Origin: Lepidodermella squamata
Taxonomy: Eukaryota > Animalia > Gastrotricha
Reading direction: 5' to 3'
Length of the DNA: 64,000 bases
NCBI GenBank assembly: GCA_047495785.1
Contig: JBLDXI010000010.1
Span: forward strand, 1,860,001-1,924,000
The position numbers and the translations under genes were made by a program. Below, piece after piece: positions 47,515 through 56,678 of this stretch. How positions within the stretch are numbered: position 1 is the first letter of the stretch; each line of letters opens with the position of its first letter. Below the pieces are notes generated by a model. The model saw only the letters and a program-made list of their open reading frames with translations. It had not been told where the DNA came from and did no database searches.

Positions 47515-48516
47515 TTATGCAGAGGCGGCGGTGGTGGACCTCTTGTTGCAACGAGCCTTGGGGGCAGCGGAGCCAGAGCCAGACTGCTGCTGCTGACGAG
47601 ACTTGGGGGCAGCGGAGCCAGAGCCAGACTGCTGCTGCTGACGAGACTTGGGGGCTGCGGAGCCAGAACCAGACTGCTGCTGCTGACGAGACTTGGGGGC
47701 AGCGGAGCCAGAGCCAGACTGCTGCTGCTGACGAGACTTGGGGGCTGCGGAGCCAGAGCCAGACGGCTGCTGCTGACGAGACTTGGGGGCAGCGGAGCCA
47801 GAGCCAGACTGCTGCTGCTGACGAGACTTGGGGGCAGCGGAACCAGAACCAGACTGCTGCTGCTGGCGAGACTTGGGAGCAGCGGAACCAGAACCAGACT
47901 GCTGCTGCTGGCGGGCCTTGGGGGCAGCGGAACCAGAACCAGACTGCTGCTGCTGGCGAGCTTTAGCAACGCCGAAGCCAGAGCCGGACTGCTGCTGTTG
48001 GCGAGACTTGGGGGCAGCGGAGCCAGAGCCGGACTGCTGACGGGCAGCGGCGGCCTTCTGGGTGTTCGACCTCTTGTTGCAACGAGCCTTAGCAGAGGCA
48101 GAGCCAGACTGCTGCTGCTGGCGAGTCTTGGGAGCAGCGGAGCCAGAACCAGACTGCTGACGGGCAGCGGCGGCCTTCTGGGTGGTGGACCTCTTGTTGC
48201 AACGAGCCTTGGGGGCAGCGGAGCCAGAGCCAGACTGCTGCTGCTGCTGCTGCTGACGAGTCTGGGCAACTCCGGAGCTAGACTGCTGCTGACGGGCTTC
48301 CGCTTCTTCTTCTTTTTCAGATTCCTCTTCCTCGGATGATTCCTCGGAGTGAGAGTGCTCATGGGAGTGTTCCTGGGAGTGAGAGCCATGAGGAGGGGGA
48401 GGAGGTCCGTGGGGGTTGCGGGCAATGGGGCCGGAGCCAGAGGCCGGAGGAGGACCCTGAGGGGCAGCCATGACGGCGGCAAACAGAGCAGCGACCAAAG
48501 CAATGCGGACGAACAT
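47515..48516 (-). CDS. Secreted low-complexity repeat protein, copy 2 (333 aa)
   Basis: Paralog of 31404..32366 in inverted orientation; ~10 tandem 15-aa units and three ARCNK motifs. Confidence 0.85.
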   Translation of the reverse strand: MFVRIALVAALFAAVMAAPQGPPPASGSGPIARNPHGPPPPPHGSHSQEHSHEHSHSEESSEEEESEKEEEAEARQQQSSSGVAQTRQQQQQQQSGSGSAAPKARCNKRSTTQKAAAARQQSGSGSAAPKTRQQQQSGSASAKARCNKRSNTQKAAAARQQSGSGSAAPKSRQQQQSGSGFGVAKARQQQQSGSGSAAPKARQQQQSGSGSAAPKSRQQQQSGSGSAAPKSRQQQQSGSGSAAPKSRQQQPSGSGSAAPKSRQQQQSGSGSAAPKSRQQQQSGSGSAAPKSRQQQQSGSGSAAPKSRQQQQSGSGSAAPKARCNKRSTTAASA

Positions 48517-50195
48517 CTTTTGTATTTGGCTATTTAGTAAACTTTATAAATTAGTAGTAGAAGGATAGTTGTGATTTCAGCTATGAATTTTGCCCGCTTA
48601 AATAGCCAAATCCTTACGTGGGATGATCGTTTCAGCTGCCATCCCCCGTACTCGCGTGGTCGTACCGCCAGGAAAAAAGAACGGGTCTTTGTCGGTGTAG
48701 TTTGATAAGATGTCAGTTTTTGTGTAACGACAGCTGAATTATCGTACATATCAGATGTCGATAGCATATACAAGATTCACGTGCACATCCGCACTCTGGA
48801 AGTGTAATCAAGCCGCGTCAGTTCCAAACTCCACTTTTCTCTATCCTCCATTGGGGACACGCCGAGAGAAAGATGAGCATGACTTGTAGAGGAATGCTAA
48901 ACATTTCAAAATCCTTCCTTGTCATCCTCCAAGAACAACAACAAACAACAACAACCAATTTATCCCACTGTTCGGTGGTTTGGGTGATAAAAGATCGGAC
49001 TTTTAGCTTGTGAAATCCCCTCAATTAGGGCCCTGTGAGTATCCTAATTCACGGATTTTCAACATTTATCTGAATCCATACCCAAAATCACCCTATTTCA
49101 TGTACAAAAATGCAGTTATTTATATACTGAAAGCATGAATTCAGATACCGAAACTAAATTCATGCTTTCGGTAGATGAATTAGGGTGATATTTTTTCTGG
49201 TGCATAGTACACGAGTGTACTATAGGACACGGTTTGGGAAACGCTGGTTGAAATGACTATTCATTTTGACAAATGCGGCAAATAACCTTTTTCCCTCCCT
49301 GGCAGCTCCGGAATCTAAGATCGCACCCTGGATCCTACTATCCACTTTGTGTTTCAAATAGTAAGTTAATCTTAGACCGCCTTTTTCAACTTATTGCTGC
49401 TATGACTCCGGGATGAAACAATTTTGTCGTGCGATGCACTAATAAATTTTTTACATTCATGCAAAGAATGTCCTTGCCACACCCTCTGACCGGTTTAAAT
49501 TGACCACGAACCACGAACGTTAACTCCATATTAATCGTGATAAATTACTGCGGAAAAAACACTTGCAAAAAATCTTATTGATCGTACGACCATAATGTTT
49601 CATCTGGAAGTCATAGCAGCGATCGATTGACCAATCAGCGCGCGCCCAGAAATTTCACAATGAAAATTCCAGCCGTTACCATTTCTCAGCAAATCCGACG
49701 GGAGTTTTAAAGCATTGAGTTCGTCATTTGCCCTGTGATTCCTCGCAGCACTCCCAGTCCAGCAGCAGTCCTGTTTGGCAACGTCTTTGAATAGGCGGGA
49801 AAGGACGATTGAGTCACAAAGTGTGAAGTATATTTTTTGCATCGCAATATTTCAATAACTTCATCACCATGAGGATGGGGCGACAGAGTTGGGCCAGCAG
49901 AATGTCTCTCATGTATATGCTGTGGTGTATTTCTATGAGCATTCACATATTCACTGGAATAGAAAAGGCGGGGATAAACAATGACCACACAACGCCATTA
50001 TCTCTCGAAAACAAACACCTGATATAATATTTTGCATATTCTGGAGGCCAACAACAACATATATTTAGAATTTAGATGTTATTTTGAAGTATTATTCAAA
50101 ATAACCATGACAGGCACCGGCTATAAAATCGCCAAATTGATGCATCAAAATCATCAGTCAACTTTTCCCAATTCAAACATTCCTGAATACGAACG

Positions 50196-51545
50196 ATGAA
50201 CGGCACCTTTGTCGCTTTCTTACTCGTTGCAGCCGCTGTTCTGGTGAGCGTAGCCGGAACTCCAATCAAGACGGACGACCAGGACGATCCTCGCTGGGTG
50301 GAGCACCGGCAGCAGCATCCAGATCCGGAAATCGATACTGAGGAAGAGGACGAAGAAGCCGAGGCCGAACTCCTGGACACGATCAAGGATATCGAGAAGT
50401 GGAACAAGGAGAACGACAACACGGATCCGGATGTTGAGTTTGGCCTTAACGCGTACAGCCACAAGAGCGAGGAATGGAAGCGCAAGCATCTCCGAGGCGC
50501 CATCCCCGCAACCGGCGTCCCCCTCTCAGAATTAGTCACAGACGCATCCGGCAACGCGACCCGCACCAAGCGCAGCTCATTCAGCGGACAAACGTCCTGC
50601 ACTACGAAGATCGTCAACGGGGTGCGGTCTCGGACTTGCACCATCTGCGTTACAGAGACCGACGATAACGGCAACGTGGTCCAGAAGAAGTGCATGCCTC
50701 AGGATGGAACCGTCAATATGCAGGACGTGATGAATAAAATGGCGACTGACAAGCCGCTGTACTCCTTCGCAACTGGCGATATCACGTATGACAACGCCCC
50801 GACCCTGGATGTGTCTGAAGAGGATGCAGAGACCTTCCCCGGTTTCACAATGGACTGGCGCACCAAGGGGTACTTGAGCCCGATCAAGGACCAGAAGGGC
50901 TGCGGAAGCTGCTACTCGTTCGCTGCGACCGCTGTCTACGAATCCCGAGTTGCGATCCAGAACAAAGCTACGCCTTTCGTCATGGCTGAGCAGCAGATCA
51001 TCGACTGCGCCAAGGGCAACCAGGGGGCCAACGGGTGCAATGGCGGCAACCTCGCCGGCGTGTCCAATTACTTCAAGAGCGTTCAATCCTACGCGTCCCC
51101 GGATTCGTACCCGTACGAAATCACCGACAGAAACGGCTGCCGCTTTGATTCATCGTCCGGATCACCGATAGCTATTAAAGACTCCTTCAACGTCATGGGA
51201 ACGACCAGCACCCCGTATTACTCTAACGAAGTGCCCCAGGCGCAGATGATGCCCAAAATCTTGGAGGCGCTCAAGTACGGCCCAGTTTACTTGAGCATCT
51301 ACGCGACGGACCAGTTCCAAGAGTACAGGCAGGGTGTGTGGGACGCGAGAGACTGCCCCGCTGGTCAGACCAACCACGCTGTTGTTGCCGTAGGCTATGG
51401 CACAGACCCAGAGACCGGCGAGGACTACTGGATCATCCGCAACTCTTGGGGCAAGACTTGGGGCCGCAATGGCTACGGTAAGATTCGCAAGGGCATCAAC
51501 CGGTGCGGCATCGAGTCTAGCTTGTCCATTCCTTATTTCGCCTAA
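50196..51545 (+). CDS. Papain-family (C1A) cysteine protease, secreted, intronless
   Basis: Signal peptide; GLNAYSH (GxNxFxD-like pro motif); DWR, QKGCGSCYSF (catalytic C), NHAV (H), IRNSWG (N); TATAAAA at ~50122. Confidence 0.93.
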   Translation: MNGTFVAFLLVAAAVLVSVAGTPIKTDDQDDPRWVEHRQQHPDPEIDTEEEDEEAEAELLDTIKDIEKWNKENDNTDPDVEFGLNAYSHKSEEWKRKHLRGAIPATGVPLSELVTDASGNATRTKRSSFSGQTSCTTKIVNGVRSRTCTICVTETDDNGNVVQKKCMPQDGTVNMQDVMNKMATDKPLYSFATGDITYDNAPTLDVSEEDAETFPGFTMDWRTKGYLSPIKDQKGCGSCYSFAATAVYESRVAIQNKATPFVMAEQQIIDCAKGNQGANGCNGGNLAGVSNYFKSVQSYASPDSYPYEITDRNGCRFDSSSGSPIAIKDSFNVMGTTSTPYYSNEVPQAQMMPKILEALKYGPVYLSIYATDQFQEYRQGVWDARDCPAGQTNHAVVAVGYGTDPETGEDYWIIRNSWGKTWGRNGYGKIRKGINRCGIESSLSIPYFA

Positions 51546-51863
51546 AAGCATAAAATGCTGATAAAATGGGAGACTTAACGGTGTTGGATTAAAGCAGATT
51601 GTTTTTTCTCTGAGAAATTTAATGTTTTTGTCGTTGTGCAAATAAAATGATGCAAGAATTATTTGGAGCCAGCATTTTGAATTTCATGGAACAGTTCTAC
51701 GAAGTCGGGGATGGGTGGCTGGGCTATTTTCAATGTTTAATGAAAAATTGACGTTTCTGTTTTGAAAACCACCACAAAATGTTTCTTTATTCATCAAAAA
51801 GAGGGGAACGGAAACATAATTTTTCTGAATAGCTTGTTAAAGGGTTCTTCTGAAACAATCATT

Positions 51864-52406
51864 TCAAGGCTGGTAAAGTTCGGAGGTTGAGTTTTGTGCT
51901 TCCATGTACTTCGAGCAAGCAACTTCACAATTGTGCTCATCAAAGTGCGAATATAACCTCACAACATCCTCATCGCATCCATGTCGCTGTTCTTCGCAGG
52001 TTTTAGTTTCAGAGTTGAAGATTACATAAGGCTGAGAGAAACGCTTTCCGCATCCGCCAGCGATCTCGGGCCTGTACGAGCATTTCTGGCGGTTAGTCAG
52101 CGGCTCATCAGCAGGATTCAGCGGGGAATTGTCGCCACAAGTTTCGCGGCACTCCCAGACACTTTGGAAGGACATTTGCTCAACGTATTCTTGATTGCAG
52201 TCGCCGTATTCCAAAACGCAACGGCCGCTTGTGCTGTCAAAGACGTGATAATAGTCCAGGCCACCGATCATGCAGTGATAAGGCGCAGGTTTGAAAGAGC
52301 AGCGGTCTGTGCTTCGTTCGTGGCGACTGAAAGCAGTCCATTGGCAGCCGAGAGCCAAAGTCGCGACAGCACAGAATAGGACGATCCTTGTTACTGAGGC
52401 AGTCAT
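51864..52406 (-). CDS. Secreted two-domain atypical Kunitz-like protein
   Basis: Signal peptide; two 6-Cys domains with C-x8/9-C-x17-C-x6-C-x15-C-x3-C spacing; TATAAAA upstream (~52489). Confidence 0.8.
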   Translation of the reverse strand: MTASVTRIVLFCAVATLALGCQWTAFSRHERSTDRCSFKPAPYHCMIGGLDYYHVFDSTSGRCVLEYGDCNQEYVEQMSFQSVWECRETCGDNSPLNPADEPLTNRQKCSYRPEIAGGCGKRFSQPYVIFNSETKTCEEQRHGCDEDVVRLYSHFDEHNCEVACSKYMEAQNSTSELYQP

Positions 52407-52901
52407 TGCTTAAAGTTTGAAACGAAATGATTGTTTGAATGAGAAGTGAGTTGGTGAATGAAATTAGGCGTTCTCCCAGCCATTTTTATAGGCAATATCA
52501 CGAGACACACGCCAACTATTTAGCTCGCTCTATTTTTTGTGAAATTCCGGAAGTGAATAGCTGCTTTGCATACCAGGTTGAAAAAAACCGCGTGGAACTC
52601 AATTAGTCATTCCGATTTCGCTATGCTACGCTTCAAACGGTTCATCCAACAACGTAAAAATGATGATGGTTGGATTTTTGGGAATTTCTGCTGGTTTGAG
52701 AATTCAACGCTAAATAATCAGCTGATGAGTCCTGAAATCAGACTTCGAAAGAGACTGCATTAAGCCGATTCAACCTCACTGCCACTTTTTCATGTTTCTC
52801 AGTCCAGTCACGATCTTGCGAATAACAGATGCTCCCTATCCCGGCCAGACTGTTTTTCCTCCTGATTTCAATTCAAACAGAATCCTAAAGCCTTTCTAGC
52901 A

Positions 52902-53306
52902 ATGGTTCGCGTCGAACCACTTGCAATTTTCTTGACACTTTTACATCTCAGCAGCATTGTTAGTGGTAAGAGAGACGATAGGTGTGACCATAAGTTCCCC
53001 ATATGGAAATGCGAAGCTGATTTCGCCCCAGTTTGGATCTATCACCGCCATCACCGCAAATGCAAACTGGCAAATGCTTTCTGCTGGAGTGATTACGACC
53101 GTAGCATGATCTTCGCTGACGAATACGAATGCCGAGAAATCTGCATAGAGCAGGAAGAAAAGCCAGAACCAGATGAGCCGAAATTAAAGCGATATGGTCA
53201 TGGTGACTATGAATATGACTACCCGGAGCAAAAGCCCGAGCCGAAATACCCTGATTCTGATAGAAAATACAGCCGGAAGCGGCCTAGTAACAGACTATGG
53301 CTATGA
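52902..53306 (+). CDS. Secreted single-domain atypical Kunitz-like protein with an acidic/Tyr/Pro tail
   Basis: Signal peptide; C-x8-C-x16-C-x6-C-x15-C-x3-C; tail ...KRYGHGDYEYDYPEQKPEPK; AATAAA at ~53318. Confidence 0.78.
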   Translation: MVRVEPLAIFLTLLHLSSIVSGKRDDRCDHKFPIWKCEADFAPVWIYHRHHRKCKLANAFCWSDYDRSMIFADEYECREICIEQEEKPEPDEPKLKRYGHGDYEYDYPEQKPEPKYPDSDRKYSRKRPSNRLWL

Positions 53307-53537
53307 CATTTGTTTCAATAAACTCCCTAGCAACCGTTGCCAAGTTAAAGCTGTATCGGTGTGAAATAATGAATTTAGCTGCTGAAAGCCATGTCTCACT
53401 TTCATGTGCATTGTTTGCCTCATTAAATGAATTAACGCAAAGAGTACACTCATATTTCACCGCTGTGCGCTAGCCATCCGCCTTAATGCGTTTGTTCTCA
53501 ATTCTATGAAGTACATAGCTGCTATACAGTGCTATAC

Positions 53538-53556
53538 TACACACACACACACACAC
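53538..53556. repeat. (CA)n microsatellite
   Basis: acacacacacacacacac. Confidence 0.8.
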
Positions 53557-53753
53557 GCAAATCTAACGTTGCTTCCGTCCCGCGCATTTAATTTCGTCGT
53601 GCCGTGTTTACCGCCGCAAACGACATTTTTTGCGGCTAGACGCCTCGAATTTTCGCTTAGTTTCCGGCACTCGACTAGGCGCGGCCCTTTTCCCTCGATA
53701 TTGCCTTGTAAAAATTCAGTATAATTTCTCTTGCCAAAAAATTAGAAGCTATA

Positions 53754-55616
53754 ATGAAGGTCGACATAAAGCCAGTATCTTTCTACCGCGAATTCTCACC
53801 AGCTGAGGTCGAAATTATTTTCCGAGAAGCCACCAATCACCTCGTGAAACTCGATAACTTCAAGGATCGTTGCATTGGCATTGCTGCTATTAAAATAACT
53901 ACAAATACGAGCAGCGATAGTACTGAATTGGAGTCAAGCACTCAAAATATGTATTTACTCGCAATATCTGGCGATGATACCCCGGAGAACAAGATAACTA
54001 ATCACATCGAAGAATTTCTCCATGAGAAGCAGAACCGGTCAATGGCGGATGAGGAGCCGTTCTTCTGGCAGCAGGTCAGTTTTGCTGGTTTCGACGCAGC
54101 CAGGCGGCAAGATCAAAGAAGCATGTATTCTCAGGGTCTACCTATCTCCTTCGGGTCTCATCTTTACATCGATGATTTCGATAAGAAGACTCTCATCTCC
54201 GAAACAGAAAGTCGACTTTACGAAGCTAAAAATGGGCTTCGGTCACGCTTGGCTGGTTTTCTATCAACATGGAGTGATGCCAGGTCACGCTTGGCTGAAC
54301 TCAACGACGAAAGCCCGATTCTACCTTACTGCGAAAGATTCAACTTCGATTTCGATGTTTGCACCAGTCGAGATAGCTACTGGTTAACGTGGTTCGTTCA
54401 GGAGCCTGAATCTATTCGAAACATTTCCGAAAAATTACTGACTATCATTGAGAACGACGCGCCTGTTTCTCATTTTACCAAAGACCCGGATGACTTCACC
54501 TGGCAGGAATTTCTATTAGCGAAACGGGACTACTTCGCCAACGTCATCGATTGGGACGAGCTAACTTCGATTTTCCAGATCTGCGGCATCGAAGATCTGA
54601 GAATGTTCTGTTACGACGAATCCCGGTTTAAAATTATATTCAAGTCGAAACTAGACGACAATCAAATGTCGATATGCTTGGACTTCTTATGGCGGTACAA
54701 GCAATTTCGTCACTTTATTTGCCACGCTTTGAAGAAACCAGACTTCTCACCTGAGGAAATGGTCGAGAAATTAGCTACAATTGCGAGATTGAACAAATGG
54801 GCGTCACGGGACTGGCCGAGGTTAGGATCTATGCCTATATCGGAAGATGTTGGTTGTCAGGCCGGTAATATCTGTGACTCTGAAACTCTTAAAAAGCAGT
54901 TGATCGAGATATACCATGTAGACCCTCATTGCTTAACAGGAAATTCGGCTGAGTTCCAGGTAATCTATGCAGATTCATTCAAGTTACCCGGGTCTTACTT
55001 CAAATCAGCGGTGGAGTACCTAAATTTGCTGGAAGATGCTTCCTTGCTCAAACTTGAGGATTTCCAGCGAATCGTCAAAAAGTTACGAGATTCACGTGTT
55101 TCGACGAGTGTTCTAATCCCTGGTCAGGATACCGAGCAACAATGTGATAAAATGTATGCAACTCTAAGACTATACAACTTACAGGACGCTTACAAACTCG
55201 AGATGGCTGTTCGAGGATTCCGTGACTTCTACTCTAAGTTTGAGAGGATAATTCAAGATTCGATCTATCGACTGTGCTATGACGAAGCTCTGGACACTGC
55301 TTCAGCTTTTGTCGGCTTGTGGCCACCACCTAAGCCCTACAAAAGTCGAGTTTTGGCATTTTACCCTCATTGCGCTGAGGATAATGTTAGCCCAGCTATT
55401 CGAGGCCTTGTAATGGCTGCTAGCCAGCTCGGATGTGTTGTGGACTCGATTAAGGTGACATGGTACTGCGTCCAACCGTCTGAGAATGGCGAACAATTCT
55501 ACGATCAAACGCTTTGCCCGATTTGTAAGCCGAAATTTGTGCAACGGCTCACGAATTTATTGAGAAATGACGTTATCGACTATCACTTACCAACAGTTTT
55601 TGTATCATCTGAATGA
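53754..55616 (+). CDS. 620-aa intronless protein; candidate Zn-dependent deaminase-fold protein with a large insert
   Basis: Long ORF with AATAAA at ~55645. N-terminal strands CIGIAAIKI and YLLAISG; C-terminal HCAE (aa 539-542), strand IKVTWYC and LCPIC (aa 587-591). The CDS is confident; the function is inferred. Confidence 0.75.
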   Translation: MKVDIKPVSFYREFSPAEVEIIFREATNHLVKLDNFKDRCIGIAAIKITTNTSSDSTELESSTQNMYLLAISGDDTPENKITNHIEEFLHEKQNRSMADEEPFFWQQVSFAGFDAARRQDQRSMYSQGLPISFGSHLYIDDFDKKTLISETESRLYEAKNGLRSRLAGFLSTWSDARSRLAELNDESPILPYCERFNFDFDVCTSRDSYWLTWFVQEPESIRNISEKLLTIIENDAPVSHFTKDPDDFTWQEFLLAKRDYFANVIDWDELTSIFQICGIEDLRMFCYDESRFKIIFKSKLDDNQMSICLDFLWRYKQFRHFICHALKKPDFSPEEMVEKLATIARLNKWASRDWPRLGSMPISEDVGCQAGNICDSETLKKQLIEIYHVDPHCLTGNSAEFQVIYADSFKLPGSYFKSAVEYLNLLEDASLLKLEDFQRIVKKLRDSRVSTSVLIPGQDTEQQCDKMYATLRLYNLQDAYKLEMAVRGFRDFYSKFERIIQDSIYRLCYDEALDTASAFVGLWPPPKPYKSRVLAFYPHCAEDNVSPAIRGLVMAASQLGCVVDSIKVTWYCVQPSENGEQFYDQTLCPICKPKFVQRLTNLLRNDVIDYHLPTVFVSSE

Positions 55617-55806
55617 ACTGTTAACATTATCACCATGACTTGCAAATAAAATGGTATTTTTGATCAACAGGAATTTGTTTTGGTTTGGGATTGTTGACAT
55701 AAAGAGTTTGCAGTTCGCAGTTCGCAGACATATTGTTTACCTAGTGAAATAATTTAAAAACAAAGGCTATCAGTTGAGCATAGTGTTGATCTAAAGTGTT
55801 ATAGCA

Positions 55807-56328
55807 ATGTCTCCTCTTAGAGTAAGCTCAATTTCAATGATCGTCCTCATGGCTGGATTTGCAATGGCAGAATCCTTAGTTAACGACACACGATGCTCTT
55901 ACCGTGGACCAATCGACAATTGCCACGTTTCAAGCTTTGCGAGTTACATAATTTTCGACCCAACCTTCAAGCTATGCCATGTTGCTATTGGCAGTCCTTG
56001 TGATGGCGACGAGATCGAGGCTATGTCCTTTGAAACTACGGAGCAATGCCGGGAGATTTGCGGCGATTCAAGCAACAGCACTCGGCTCCCAGAGCGATAC
56101 GAAATCCTCGAGCGTCAACACAAGGTTATGAGTTATTGCAATTACAAACCTCAAACTAACTCATCGTGCTCGAAAGACTTCTCCTATGGCCCGTACGTTG
56201 TTTACAATTCCGAGGTGAAAAGGTGTGAGTTGCAAACAAGTGGTTGCAACGAGGAGGATGCTAAGGATCACGCATTCAAGGACAAAGCTGAATGTCAATC
56301 TCTCTGCTTTTCCATTTCTATTCATTGA
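55807..56328 (+). CDS. Secreted two-domain atypical Kunitz-like protein
   Basis: Signal peptide; RCSY...C...FD...C...C...MSF...CREIC and CNY.P...C...GPYVVYNSE.K.C...GC...C...C; N-glycosylation sequons. Confidence 0.8.
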   Translation: MSPLRVSSISMIVLMAGFAMAESLVNDTRCSYRGPIDNCHVSSFASYIIFDPTFKLCHVAIGSPCDGDEIEAMSFETTEQCREICGDSSNSTRLPERYEILERQHKVMSYCNYKPQTNSSCSKDFSYGPYVVYNSEVKRCELQTSGCNEEDAKDHAFKDKAECQSLCFSISIH

Positions 56329-56678
56329 ATTTCGATTCGAGCACTGTTTTATTTCATATCCTCTTCAACCCTTCCTCGCCCTATTCAATAGGTATGCGAT
56401 CGGTTTCTGTTTTGCTTTAGACAAAATAAAAGTTGTGCTGAAGTTATGAACATTTTGTACGAGGTTTCCTATGACATGAAAAACTGGAGCGGACAAGCCT
56501 GAATTGTTTTCGAGCTAATTGCGACCAATTAGTATAGAATAGGCGACTGGTAATGTAAGGTCAACAAGGCAAAATAAATGCAAAGTTTCCGTTTTAGACG
56601 GTGTTTCCGCCCCCGAGTTTTCAAAATGAGTGAATGATTGTGATACATCACAACTGTTTGCTCCGATATCGATGCAAA

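Noticed and set aside
50096-51641. Antisense ORFs over the protease (50096..50695, 50577..51086, 51162..51641)
   Set aside because: By-products of GC-rich codon usage on the sense strand.
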